62,806 nt of DNA from Polyangiaceae bacterium (GTDB lineage: Bacteria > Myxococcota_A > Polyangia > Polyangiales > Polyangiaceae), in contig JBGANF010000038.1 in NCBI GenBank assembly GCA_044222475.1, forward strand, positions 1-62,806. Direction: 5' to 3'. Positions 46,194 to 56,116 of this stretch are shown here, one piece after another. Below the pieces are notes generated by a model. It ran no database searches, was not told the origin of the DNA, and was given only the letters and a program-made list of their open reading frames with translations. The translations under genes and the position numbers were made by a program. Every line of letters begins with the position of its first letter. The first letter of the stretch is position 1.

Positions 46194-47651
46194 ATGATTC
46201 GTCGCGCATGGTTGGCCGGGTTCGTGGCATGCACCCTGGGCGGAGCCGCGTGGATGGGCGGCTGCGGCACCGACGAGGTGACCGACCAAGACGCGGGGGT
46301 GGATGGCAGCAACGTCGACGGAACCGTCGACGACGCACCGATCATCCTCACCGACGGCGCAACGACCGACGGAGGCACCTGCGGCCTCAACGGCGCGCAG
46401 TGCAAGTCCGGCACCGACTGCTGCAGTAACAACTGCACCGGTCTCGGCGTGTGTGGCTCTCCGATCAACAACTGCAAGCCGGTGAACGACACGTGCACGA
46501 ACGGCACGGATTGCTGTTCGCTCGGCTGCGTCGGCGGAAAGTGCGGCAAGTGCGTGTCCGACAACCAACCGTGTACCCAGAACGCGGAGTGCTGCGGACA
46601 GTCGTGCGTGGGTGCCGACGGGGGCAAGACGTGTGCGCCGTTGAACAGCGGGTGCAAGACCTCCGGCAACCAATGCACGACCAACGGCGAGTGCTGCACG
46701 AACGTCTGCCAAGGCGGCGTGTGCCTCCAGCAGGTCTCCTTCTGCGGCCAGACCGGCGACATCTGCCAACAGAACGTCGATTGCTGCGGCAACAGCTGCG
46801 TCAAGAAGCCGAACGCCCAGTACGGAACCTGCGCGATCCCGCCGGCGCCCGGCGGCACCCAGTGCGACATCGCCGGTACCGTGTGCGGGACGTTCGACGG
46901 CGGCATCGGCGACGGTGGCATCCCGCCGTGCGGTGGAAACTGCTGCAGCCGCGCGTGCGCGCCCGGTCTCTACCCCAACGTGGAGATCTGCCAGCCGCCC
47001 AGCGGCTGCAAGCCGACCGGCGAGATCTGCTCGATCGACGACGACTGCTGCGGTTCGGCGAACAACAAGGGCGGCGGCAACGGCAGCGTGACCTGCGCCA
47101 AGGGAACGCCCGACGCTTCGGCGGGTCGCTGCGACAACGGCACCGCGTGCCGTCCGGCGGGCGCGATCTGCAAGCTCGCGACGTCGAGCTGCAACGCGGA
47201 GAACAACTGCTGCGCGGGCAACGTCAACCAGAACCCGCTCGTCTGCCAGCAGGACCTCAACGGAATCCCGCGTTGTACCGGCGCGGGACAATGCCTCGAT
47301 GCAGGCGTGAGCCCCGATGGCGGCTCGCTCGTCAACAAGGCCTGCTCGTCCAGCGCGGACTGCTGCGGTCTGCCCTGCGTGCCGAACCCGAACGGCCCGC
47401 CGCCGTTCATCTGCGGCGCTGGCTGCGTCCAGCAAGGCAACAAGTGCACGACGAACGGCGACTGCTGCAAGGGTCTGCCCTGCACGAACGGCGTGTGCGC
47501 GTTCCCCGGACCCGACGGCGGCATCGTGACGGATGCTGGGACGACCGACGGCGGCTGCGCCCTCTACGGTCAGCTCTGCAGCGTCAACGGTGACTGCTGC
47601 AACGGCGTGCCCTGCACGGGCGGCCGCTGCGTCCTCCCGCCGCCGAACTGA
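46194..47651 (+). CDS. Cys-rich repeat lipoprotein
   Basis: RBS GAGGAG; GGC lipobox-like; about 10 repeats of C-x(5-6)-C-x5-CC-x(2-3)-C. Confidence 0.85.
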   Translation: MIRRAWLAGFVACTLGGAAWMGGCGTDEVTDQDAGVDGSNVDGTVDDAPIILTDGATTDGGTCGLNGAQCKSGTDCCSNNCTGLGVCGSPINNCKPVNDTCTNGTDCCSLGCVGGKCGKCVSDNQPCTQNAECCGQSCVGADGGKTCAPLNSGCKTSGNQCTTNGECCTNVCQGGVCLQQVSFCGQTGDICQQNVDCCGNSCVKKPNAQYGTCAIPPAPGGTQCDIAGTVCGTFDGGIGDGGIPPCGGNCCSRACAPGLYPNVEICQPPSGCKPTGEICSIDDDCCGSANNKGGGNGSVTCAKGTPDASAGRCDNGTACRPAGAICKLATSSCNAENNCCAGNVNQNPLVCQQDLNGIPRCTGAGQCLDAGVSPDGGSLVNKACSSSADCCGLPCVPNPNGPPPFICGAGCVQQGNKCTTNGDCCKGLPCTNGVCAFPGPDGGIVTDAGTTDGGCALYGQLCSVNGDCCNGVPCTGGRCVLPPPN

Positions 47652-47660
47652 GCCGCTCGC

Positions 47661-48506
47661 TCACTTCGCGGCGTCGTAGTGAGCCTTCACGCGGGGCGGT
47701 GGCAGCGGTTTGTCGTAGACCGCGACCTCGTCGATGACGCCCTGATACGTGCCCCAGTTCTCGCCGTAGCCGATGATCAGCTGACCGGTGGTCGCGGCCA
47801 TGTCCTTCTGGTTCGCCGCGCTCGCGACCTGCTGTCCGTTGACGAACAAGAGCAGGGTGACGCCGTCGAACGTGGCGACGACGTGGAAGAACGCGTCGTT
47901 CGGCGGGGCCGTCGTCGAGACCAACGAAGATCCCGAGCGGAAGAACTCCACCTCGGTGTTCTGCGCGTTGTAGACGAGGAACCAACCCGCGTAGCCGCCG
48001 GCGTCGGCGCCGTAGACGCCCTTGCTCAAGATGCCGAGCTTCGCGCTCGTGCGCTTGACCCATGCCTCGACCGAGAAGGGCGCCTTCGCCGCGAAGTCGA
48101 AGTTGCTCGGGAGCGAGATCTTGAGTCGGTCGTCGGCGCCGTCGAAGCGCGCGGCGGTGTTCGGATCGCCAGCGAGCGCGCCAGGCTCACCGAGCGCGAC
48201 GCCGCCGCTGTAGACTCCATCGTGACCGTTCGGGACCTCGTCCTTCGCGGCCGGCGAGGTGGGATCGCCGAGACGCCAGTAGCCGATGGGTCCGTCGGCC
48301 ATGACCATCGTACGGTACGCGTTGCTCGTACCGCCGTCGCCAGCGGGAGCGCCGTCGCCAGCGGGAGCGCCGTCGCCGACCGGCGTGCCACCATCGCCGG
48401 CTCGCGTGCCACCGCTCATGCTCCCGAGATCGGGCAGCAACGCGCACTGCACGGCGCCCACCGCGCCGCACGCCACGACCAGCAGTGCGATCCTCCGCCC
48501 CTTCAT
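47661..48506 (-). CDS. LamG/concanavalin-like domain lipoprotein
   Basis: ADGPIGYWRLGD, FSVEAWV, HVVATFDG and GVIDEVAVY; GDGAPA linker repeats. Confidence 0.88.
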   Translation of the reverse strand: MKGRRIALLVVACGAVGAVQCALLPDLGSMSGGTRAGDGGTPVGDGAPAGDGAPAGDGGTSNAYRTMVMADGPIGYWRLGDPTSPAAKDEVPNGHDGVYSGGVALGEPGALAGDPNTAARFDGADDRLKISLPSNFDFAAKAPFSVEAWVKRTSAKLGILSKGVYGADAGGYAGWFLVYNAQNTEVEFFRSGSSLVSTTAPPNDAFFHVVATFDGVTLLLFVNGQQVASAANQKDMAATTGQLIIGYGENWGTYQGVIDEVAVYDKPLPPPRVKAHYDAAK

Positions 48507-48573
48507 GATCGACGAGAATATCACGTCACCCGTCGAGCTTCGGCCGGCGCTGGTTCCATGGGACACTCGCGCG

Positions 48574-49476
48574 GTGAACACCTTCGCCCACCAGCCCGCC
48601 CACGTTCGTCTCGGTGATCTCGAGGTGTGTCGCCTCGGGTTCGGTGCGATGCAGCTCCCCGGCCCGATGGTGTGGGGACCGCCGCGTGATCCAGCCTCCG
48701 CGCGCGCGGTCCTCCGGCGGGTCGTCGAGCTCGGGATCAACCTGATCGACACGTCCTGGTACTACGGCCCCCACGTCGCAAACGAGCTGATCGCGGAGGT
48801 GCTGCACCCGTATCCGAAGGACCTCGTCCTCGTCACGAAGCTCGGTGGTCGTCGCACCGACGACGGGGGATGGTCCTCGGCGCTTCGCCCCGAGGAGCTT
48901 CGCAAGGGCTGCGAGACGGATCTACGGCTCCTCAGGCTCGATCGCATCGACGTCGTCCACTTGCGATGGATCGGACACACCGACGTCCCGTTCCGCGAAG
49001 CGCTCGACGCGATGGTCGGGCTCCAACGCGAAGGGAAGATTCGTCACATCGCGCTGAGCAACGTCACGCCCGCGCAGCTTCGCGACGCGATGACGCGGGC
49101 GACGATCGTGGGCGTGTCGAACCTCTACAACGTCGCTCGCGGCGAGCGTCAGCTCGGCAAGCTCCCGCACGCGTCGACGGAAGGCCAAGAGGAGATCGTC
49201 GACTTGTGCCGAGAGCACGGCATGGCCTTCCTTCCGTTCTTCCTGCTCGCCATCCCGGGGCCCCCGGGGCCGAAGAACGAAGCGCTGGCGACGATCGCCA
49301 AGGCGCGCGGCGCCACCGAAGCGCAGATCGCGATCGCGTGGCTCCTCGCGCGCTCACCGACGATCGCGCCGATCCCCGGCACGAGCTCGCCAGCGCACCT
49401 CGACGAGAACTGGCACGCCCGCACGATCGAGCTGACGAAAGACGAGCTCGACGCGATCACTGCGGCCCGCAGCTAG
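48574..49476 (+). CDS. Aldo/keto reductase
   Basis: RLGFGAMQL, DTSWYYG, TKLG, GKIRHIALSN and PIPGTSS motifs. Confidence 0.93.
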   Translation: MNTFAHQPAHVRLGDLEVCRLGFGAMQLPGPMVWGPPRDPASARAVLRRVVELGINLIDTSWYYGPHVANELIAEVLHPYPKDLVLVTKLGGRRTDDGGWSSALRPEELRKGCETDLRLLRLDRIDVVHLRWIGHTDVPFREALDAMVGLQREGKIRHIALSNVTPAQLRDAMTRATIVGVSNLYNVARGERQLGKLPHASTEGQEEIVDLCREHGMAFLPFFLLAIPGPPGPKNEALATIAKARGATEAQIAIAWLLARSPTIAPIPGTSSPAHLDENWHARTIELTKDELDAITAARS

Positions 49477-49478
49477 AC

Positions 49479-50816
49479 TCAGCGCGTCTGCGATTCGAGC
49501 AACGCGAACAACAGAAGGAACCCGAGCGCCGACAGGAGGAGCAACACGATCGCGTCGAGCGCGCGCGACCCCGTGAGCACCTTCTTCTGCTCGCCCTCGA
49601 GCTCGGGCCTTCGCCGCAGCACCGCTGCGAGCAGGAGGAGCTCGAGACCGAGCCCGCTGCTGACGGCGCCGAGGATGATCTTTCGCCCGGTGGCCTTGCG
49701 CGCTTGCGCCGGGATCCGCGCCCGCGCGAAGCCGTCGAGCGCGACGAAGCGCGGCAGCGACGTGGGCGTGCGTCCCGCGAAGGGCTCGTCGCACTCCGCG
49801 GGCGCGCCGACGCGCAGAGGCAGCGCGCGCGTCGCGCCGCCGAGCTTCTCTGCGCCGTCGGGCTCGCCGGACAGGACGACCCAGTGCAGCCCGGGCGCGA
49901 GGGCCGGCGTGGTCACGGTCGCATGAGGGAACGGATCGCGCGCGTCCGAAGCGAGGGCGACCTCGGCGCCGTAGAGGCGACCGGCGTCGTCGTGGATCTC
50001 GAGGTACGCGAGCTTGCGCGCGTTGGGCGCGGTGATCGTGAACGTGAGCGGTCCAGGGGGGCTCCTCGGGTCGAGATCGGTCCAGAGCGCGCCCGGTGCG
50101 ATCGGCAGCGACCCGTAGAATCGGCCGGTCCTGCCGTGATCGTCGGTCACGCGCAGATCGATGGAGGCGACGTGCATGTTGGCGATGACGCGCATCGTGC
50201 CGATCACGTCGGTGCACGCTGCACGAAACGGATCGACGACGGTGAGCGCCGCGTCCGGCTCGACCTCGACGCGCGCGATGTGCGCCGGCTTCGCGCTCAC
50301 GTGATCGTCGGCGCGGATCCACAGCACGCCTTCGTGTGCGGTCGCGAGGCGCGCGCCCCAGACGGCGATGCTGACGTCGAGGTCGCCCTCGCGGAGCGTC
50401 GCGTGGACGAGCTCGCGCTCTTCGGTGCGCGTCGCCTCGCCCCAAGCGACCGGGCCGGCGACCAGCACCGAGCCGCTCTCGTCCTGGACGTCGACGTCGA
50501 GCGGATCGCCTTGGCGCAAGCCGGGGAGCGCGACCGCCAGCTCCGAAGCGCCGTCTTCGTTGGTGACGCCGCGGAGCGTGACCGAGGTCCCTTTCGAGCG
50601 GAACGTCGCGTGCCACGGGGTCGAGATCACCTCGCGCACGCCGCTCGCCTCTCGAAACGTGCTCAGCGTCCAGGCGAGCCGGTCACCGCCGCGCGGCAAC
50701 GGCGCGCCGTGGACGATCGCAGCATCGACCTCGTCCTTTGCTCCGGTGCGCAGCCCGAGCGCGACGATCGCCACCGTCAGCAGCGGAACGACGAGGAGGA
50801 GGAATCGGGTCCGCAC
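49479..50816 (-). CDS. Hypothetical membrane-anchored protein
   Basis: N-terminal TM and two C-terminal TM helices; abuts upstream hydrolase. Confidence 0.65.
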   Translation of the reverse strand: MRTRFLLLVVPLLTVAIVALGLRTGAKDEVDAAIVHGAPLPRGGDRLAWTLSTFREASGVREVISTPWHATFRSKGTSVTLRGVTNEDGASELAVALPGLRQGDPLDVDVQDESGSVLVAGPVAWGEATRTEERELVHATLREGDLDVSIAVWGARLATAHEGVLWIRADDHVSAKPAHIARVEVEPDAALTVVDPFRAACTDVIGTMRVIANMHVASIDLRVTDDHGRTGRFYGSLPIAPGALWTDLDPRSPPGPLTFTITAPNARKLAYLEIHDDAGRLYGAEVALASDARDPFPHATVTTPALAPGLHWVVLSGEPDGAEKLGGATRALPLRVGAPAECDEPFAGRTPTSLPRFVALDGFARARIPAQARKATGRKIILGAVSSGLGLELLLLAAVLRRRPELEGEQKKVLTGSRALDAIVLLLLSALGFLLLFALLESQTR

Positions 50817-50817
50817 G

Positions 50818-52215
50818 TCATTCCCAACGCAAGGTGACGTTCGTACCTTTCGGGGACAAGCCGGCGCCCCGCGCCAAGCCCAGCGCGCCGTCTTTCAGCA
50901 CGATCTCTTTGACGTTCTCGGCGCGTACCGTCACGTTGCCGTCGGCCGTGCGATCGAGGTCGACGAACGCGTCACCCGGCGCGGCGCGGACGACCTTCAC
51001 GCCGTACGCTTCGCCGTCCTCGACCCGAACGCTGCGGAACGTCACGTGAGACGGAAACGAGGGGATCCGAGCCGTGCTCGAGCGATCGACGATCTTCGCC
51101 ACGTACTGGGCGACGAGAAGGCCTTCGTGACCGCGACCGGGCACGCGGTCGTAGCTGACACCGTAGCCGCGCTGGACGAGCGCTTCGTTGAGCTTGTCGC
51201 TCTCGGTGACGCTCGAGGTCTTGTCGGCGTCACCGTGGATCAGGAACGTGTACTGGTGGCGCGCGTTGTCGATCGCGTCGATGGGGTTCACGCGGTGGGC
51301 CGCGTCGGGCGTGGGAAGGATGGATCGTACGTAGGAGGCGAGATCGAAGCGCGCATCACCGAAGAAGCTGCCCACGACGGCGAACTTGTCGGGGTGATGG
51401 AGCGCGATCGTCATCGCGCCCTGGCCACCCATCGAGGCGCCCCAGATCGACATGCGGTGCTCGTCCACCGCGAGGACGCCCTTCGCGGCGTCGATCGCGC
51501 GCCACACCTCGAGCTCGGCGTCGGCGACGTAGAGCGAGTTCCCCAGCCCGCTCGGGAACAGGAGTGGGACGTCGTTCCGGCGCGCCGCCGCGAGGAGCTC
51601 GGCGTAGGCCGCGTACGTCCACTGCGTACCGTTCCAAGGGTGCACTCCGACGAGGAGCGGGCCTGGCTTGCGCTCGTCGTGACCGGGCGGCACGTACAGC
51701 ACCGCGAATCCACCGCCCCGCGCGGTCGCCGCGGCGGGGCTGGTGAAGTCGATCCGGACGAGCCCCTCGTGAGCATCCATCAAGGCCCCGACGCGGATCG
51801 GGTCACTGCACGCGACGCGCCGTTCGTAGGCGCTGACGACCACGTCGAACGTGACCGTGTGAGGCTCCTTGCGCTCGGGCAGGCGGAGCACGAACGGGCC
51901 GGGTGGCGGGGCGTAGGTCGTTCCGTCGACTGCGACCGCGCCGCGTCCGGCGCAGTGGGGAACCTCGATCCCGGTGCGATCGCCGGGAAACGAGGCGCTG
52001 ACCCGGACCGTCTGCGGCTCGAGCGTCGTCGTCGAGAGATCGGCGAAGTGGAGCGAGCGGGCGGGTCCGCTCGCCGGGGTGACGTTCACGAGATCGATCG
52101 CATCGCCACGGACGGTCGATCGGGTCGGAACGGCCGCCTCGGCGACGGTCGGGCTGGCGAGCGGGGCGAGCAGGCCGAGCGCGCCCAGGACCAGGATCGT
52201 GCCGAGGGTCTTCAT
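50818..52215 (-). CDS. Secreted alpha/beta hydrolase (esterase / S9 peptidase-like)
   Basis: Signal peptide; GASMGG nucleophile elbow, IHGDADK and RGH. Confidence 0.85.
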   Translation of the reverse strand: MKTLGTILVLGALGLLAPLASPTVAEAAVPTRSTVRGDAIDLVNVTPASGPARSLHFADLSTTTLEPQTVRVSASFPGDRTGIEVPHCAGRGAVAVDGTTYAPPPGPFVLRLPERKEPHTVTFDVVVSAYERRVACSDPIRVGALMDAHEGLVRIDFTSPAAATARGGGFAVLYVPPGHDERKPGPLLVGVHPWNGTQWTYAAYAELLAAARRNDVPLLFPSGLGNSLYVADAELEVWRAIDAAKGVLAVDEHRMSIWGASMGGQGAMTIALHHPDKFAVVGSFFGDARFDLASYVRSILPTPDAAHRVNPIDAIDNARHQYTFLIHGDADKTSSVTESDKLNEALVQRGYGVSYDRVPGRGHEGLLVAQYVAKIVDRSSTARIPSFPSHVTFRSVRVEDGEAYGVKVVRAAPGDAFVDLDRTADGNVTVRAENVKEIVLKDGALGLARGAGLSPKGTNVTLRWE

Positions 52216-52272
52216 GGTTTCTTGTGGCCCTTGTAACGAGGCCAGGTTGAGCCTAAATCTCGCGTGCTCGCC

Positions 52273-52923
52273 ATGTCCACCGCTACGGCCACCGCGCAAA
52301 AGGGAAACTCGGGCTTCGTTCGTGCCCGGTTGGGCTCCCTCCTCGCGTTTCTTCCGCTGAGCGTGTGGACGGTCCTGCACGTATGGAACAACCTCGCCGC
52401 GTTCCAAGGGCCGGATGCGTGGGAAAAGTCGGTCACGAGCTACTCCCACCCGGTCGCCCAGCTCATCACCGGGCTGGTCGTGCTGCTCCCGCTGATGCTC
52501 CACACCGCGTGGGGGATCTCGAGGCTCCTCACCACGCGACCGAACAACGTCCGATACGGCTTCTTCGCGAACCTGAAATACGCGCTCCAGCGCGCGAGCG
52601 CGGTCGGGGTCTTGCTCTTCCTCGGCGCGCACATCTGGCTCGCGATGCTGCACCCGCGCTTCGTCGAGGGTCACCCCGAGCCGTTCTCCGACATCGCGCG
52701 CGAGATGCGGCACCACATGCCGACGCTCGTCGTGTACCTCCTTGGTACGTTGGGCGTTTCGTACCACCTCGCGAACGGCGTGAGCACGTTCACGATGGGG
52801 TGGGGAATCGTCTCCAGCCGTCGCGGCCTGCGGAACGTCGAGTACGTCACCTACGGGATCTTCGTCGTTCTCCTCGCGATGAGCTGGTCGGTGATCTACG
52901 CCCTCTACAGCAGCGGGGCCTGA
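52273..52923 (+). CDS. sdhC: Succinate dehydrogenase cytochrome b558 subunit-like protein
   Basis: 5 TM helices with 4 spaced His (LHVWN, LHTAWG, AHIW, YHLANG); LQRAS and WGI as in Bacillus-type SdhC. Confidence 0.75.
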   Translation: MSTATATAQKGNSGFVRARLGSLLAFLPLSVWTVLHVWNNLAAFQGPDAWEKSVTSYSHPVAQLITGLVVLLPLMLHTAWGISRLLTTRPNNVRYGFFANLKYALQRASAVGVLLFLGAHIWLAMLHPRFVEGHPEPFSDIAREMRHHMPTLVVYLLGTLGVSYHLANGVSTFTMGWGIVSSRRGLRNVEYVTYGIFVVLLAMSWSVIYALYSSGA

Positions 52924-52927
52924 GCTC

Positions 52928-53437
52928 GTGGCGGCGGCCGCGCCGGAGAAGATGTACGAGTGGCACCGCGTCGAGAGCGACGGCGGGGTCGTCAAGCCGC
53001 TGCTGACCGGGATGGCGATCGTCTTCTGCGGTCCGATCTTCGGCGTGCTCGCGTTCATCGTGTTCAAGGATCAACCGGCGATCAAGTACACGTTCCTCGC
53101 GCTCACGCTTCTGTGCTCGCTCGTCGGCCCCACGGTCGCGATCATCGGGCTCCAACGGAACCTCCGCGACGAGGCTTTCCTCGCCGCGCGCACGAGCGGC
53201 ATCCTGTACGAGCGAAACGGGCGCGCCGTCACGTTGCCCTGGGACACGCTCACGAAGATCGAGTTCCAAGCACCGAGCACGCTCGTCTTCCACCGCCGCG
53301 ACGAGGAGCCCTTCACCCTGCCCGAGCGCTACGGCACGATCTCGGTCGAGGAGCTCGCGAAGCGCCTCGAAGAGCTGCGGCGGAAGTCGTCGTTCTTTCT
53401 CCTTCCGGGACAGAGTCAGCCGGGTCCGGTATCCTGA
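52928..53437 (+). CDS. Hypothetical membrane protein
   Basis: Two TM helices followed by a soluble domain (LPWDTL). Confidence 0.65.
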   Translation: MAAAAPEKMYEWHRVESDGGVVKPLLTGMAIVFCGPIFGVLAFIVFKDQPAIKYTFLALTLLCSLVGPTVAIIGLQRNLRDEAFLAARTSGILYERNGRAVTLPWDTLTKIEFQAPSTLVFHRRDEEPFTLPERYGTISVEELAKRLEELRRKSSFFLLPGQSQPGPVS

Positions 53438-53442
53438 GGTCG

Positions 53443-53988
53443 GTGAAGCGCTTCCTCTGGGTCCTCGTGCTCGTCGGTTGCGAGCGTCCCGCAGCGGCCC
53501 CCGCGCCCGCTCCGACGGTGGCTGCCGCGCCCTCGGCCGATGCCTGCCAGCGGGAGATTCCCGACTGCGCGGCCGCGTGCTCCCTCCGCGAGACCGGGCG
53601 TCTCGAGCACATCGACTGGTTCGATCGCCGCTGCGCTGCCGTCATCCTCGGAAAGAACCCCGACAAGGTCGTCGGTCCGCCCGACGGACCGGTGATCGCG
53701 ACTCCCGCGCCGACGGGGACTACGTCGGGCGCCGCTCCCGCGCCGACGGGAAGTGCGCTCACCACCGTGCGCCCCGAAGGCAAGCCGCCGTACGATCCGT
53801 TCGCCGCGCAGCGCCGCGACGCGACCGATCCGCCGGAGTGCATCGCCGCCCGCCGGCTCACCGCGAAGGGTCTCGCGCGCGAGGCGCAGGCGCTCGCCGC
53901 GCTCTGCGAGGCGAAGGGTGGCGACGCGGGGGCACCAGCAATTCAAAAAGGCCCCGACGGGGACGACCCGTTCGGAAGTCGTCACTGA
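53443..53988 (+). CDS. Hypothetical lipoprotein
   Basis: (M)KRFLWVLVLVGC lipobox; Pro/Ala-rich linkers. Confidence 0.7.
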   Translation: MKRFLWVLVLVGCERPAAAPAPAPTVAAAPSADACQREIPDCAAACSLRETGRLEHIDWFDRRCAAVILGKNPDKVVGPPDGPVIATPAPTGTTSGAAPAPTGSALTTVRPEGKPPYDPFAAQRRDATDPPECIAARRLTAKGLAREAQALAALCEAKGGDAGAPAIQKGPDGDDPFGSRH

Positions 53989-53995
53989 GCGCGCG

Positions 53996-56116
53996 ATGGC
54001 TCGCGCTGCCGCCGTCGCGCTAGGCCTCGCGTTCGCGATCGCGCTCGTGCCCGCTGGATCGGGCTGCAGCTCGACCGATTCGCCCGCGTACCCGACCCGC
54101 AGCTGCACGACCGTCGTGTGGCACCGACCGAAGTCGGCCGCGGCGAAGGTCACTGTCGTCACCTCGGCGAGCGGCTTTGCGCTGCCTGGGGTCGCGCTCG
54201 ATGTGCGAGACGACGGGTGGCGCGTGGGTGCACTCGACCTGCCTCCCGGCGAGCAGAAGTACGCCATCGTCGAGGACGGCGCGTGGCTCCCGGATCGCAA
54301 CGTCCCGACCACGGCGTACCAGAATGGTACCGAGGTCACCTGGCTCGACGTGCCCGACTGTCGCGTGCCGATGCTTCGGCTCGACGCGCTCGAGACGCGA
54401 GGCGACGGCACGGCGACCGCGCGGGTGACGTTCGTCGCGGCGAGCGGCGGCGGGGCGCTCGATCCGCGGTCGCTCACCGTCAGCGGCGCCACCGCGGTCG
54501 TGCAAGAGGCCGATCCGAGTCGCGGGGTCGCGACGCTCGCGCTGTCCGGTCTCGGCGCGGGGAAGACCACCCTGCGAGTTGCGAGCGCCGATGATGCGGG
54601 TCGGGCGTCAGCGCCACTGCGGCTCGCGGTGTGGAACGAGAAGGGCCCCTTCGACTGGCGCGACGCGGCGATCTACCAGGTGATGGTCGACCGGTACCGA
54701 AAAGGTACGGGTGCCGTCGCTCCGCCAGCGGTGCCGTCGGCGTTCGCTGGTGGCGATCTCGACGGCGTTCGCGCCGCCGTCGAGGACGGGACGCTCGCGA
54801 AGATGGGGTTCGACGCGATCTGGCTCACGCCGGTCTACCGGAACCCTGTCGGGCTCTACCCCGGGACCGACGGCCACGAGTACTCCGGGTACCACGGCTA
54901 CTGGCCGATCGACTCGCGCTCGGTGGACCCCCGCTTCGGCGGGGACGCGGCTCTCGACGCGTTGGTCGCGGCTGCGCACGCGCGCGGCATTCGGATCGTC
55001 TACGACGTCGTCCCGCACCACGTCCACGAGGACCACCCCTACGTGAAGGCGAACCCGACGTGGCTGCTCGGTGCAGGGTGCGTGTGCGGTACGGCGACGT
55101 GCGACTGGGCGACGCACCTCACCGACTGCCGCTTCGCCGAGTATCTGCCGACGCTCGACTGGAGGCTCGACGACGCAGCGCGCACGCTCACCGACGACGT
55201 CGCCTTCTGGCTCGATCGGTTCGACGGCGACGGCCTGCGCTTCGACGCGGTGCCGATGATGCCGCGCTCGGCGACCCGTCGGATCGTGAACGCCGTACGC
55301 CGGCGATTCGACCACCCCGGTCACGACACCTACCTCATCGGCGAGAACTTCGTCGGTCCGGGCAGCTTCGATCTGTTGAAGTACCAACTTGGTCCGTACG
55401 GTCTCGACGGCGAGTTCCACTTCCCGTTGATGTGGGCGCTGCGAGCCGCGATTGCGCAGCAAGCGTCGCCCATGTCCGACGTCGACCGAGCGGTGCGCGC
55501 CGGCGAGGACGCGTGGAAGGGATCCGGGGCGACGATGGGCCTCATGATCGGGAACCACGACGTGACGCGCTTCGCGTCGGAGGCTGCGGGCAACGCCGAC
55601 GGCGACGGGTGGACGGCCGCGCCGCAGCCCACCTTGGACGTCGTCTACCAGCGGCAACGCGCTGCGCTCGCGATGGTGTTCACCCTGCCGGGGATACCGG
55701 TGGTCTATTACGGCGACGAGATCGGTCTCGCCGGCAGACGCGATCCGGACTCGCGGCGCACGATGCCGGACGAAGGCGCACTCCTGCCCGCGCAGAAAGA
55801 CACACGCGCATACGTCGAGAAGCTCGGCGCGGCGCGGAGGTGCGTCGCGCCGATTCGCCGCGGTGCGTACCGCCCGCTCGTGGTGGAAGGCGAGACGCTC
55901 GCGTTCGCGCGCGAAGACGGGACGCGCACGGCGGTCGTCGTGACGAGCCGAAGCGCGCTGCCGTTCGATGCGCCGTTGGTCGGCATCGCCAAGGGAACCT
56001 GGGTCGACGTCCTCACCGGAGAGACGGTCGAGGTCGACCCGGCGATGACGCACCTGCCAGGCACCGCGTACCGGACGTGGATCCTCGTCCCGAAGACCGA
56101 CCCGTGCGCGCCATGA
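53996..56116 (+). CDS. GH13 alpha-amylase family lipoprotein
   Basis: IYQVMVDRY, GGDLDG, YHGYWP, GLRFDAV, IGE, GNHD and YYGDEIG motifs. Confidence 0.93.
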   Translation: MARAAAVALGLAFAIALVPAGSGCSSTDSPAYPTRSCTTVVWHRPKSAAAKVTVVTSASGFALPGVALDVRDDGWRVGALDLPPGEQKYAIVEDGAWLPDRNVPTTAYQNGTEVTWLDVPDCRVPMLRLDALETRGDGTATARVTFVAASGGGALDPRSLTVSGATAVVQEADPSRGVATLALSGLGAGKTTLRVASADDAGRASAPLRLAVWNEKGPFDWRDAAIYQVMVDRYRKGTGAVAPPAVPSAFAGGDLDGVRAAVEDGTLAKMGFDAIWLTPVYRNPVGLYPGTDGHEYSGYHGYWPIDSRSVDPRFGGDAALDALVAAAHARGIRIVYDVVPHHVHEDHPYVKANPTWLLGAGCVCGTATCDWATHLTDCRFAEYLPTLDWRLDDAARTLTDDVAFWLDRFDGDGLRFDAVPMMPRSATRRIVNAVRRRFDHPGHDTYLIGENFVGPGSFDLLKYQLGPYGLDGEFHFPLMWALRAAIAQQASPMSDVDRAVRAGEDAWKGSGATMGLMIGNHDVTRFASEAAGNADGDGWTAAPQPTLDVVYQRQRAALAMVFTLPGIPVVYYGDEIGLAGRRDPDSRRTMPDEGALLPAQKDTRAYVEKLGAARRCVAPIRRGAYRPLVVEGETLAFAREDGTRTAVVVTSRSALPFDAPLVGIAKGTWVDVLTGETVEVDPAMTHLPGTAYRTWILVPKTDPCAP

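Noticed and set aside
48332..48400. 18-bp tandem repeats
   Set aside because: In-frame GDGAPA linker of the LamG lipoprotein; ordinary low-complexity coding sequence.
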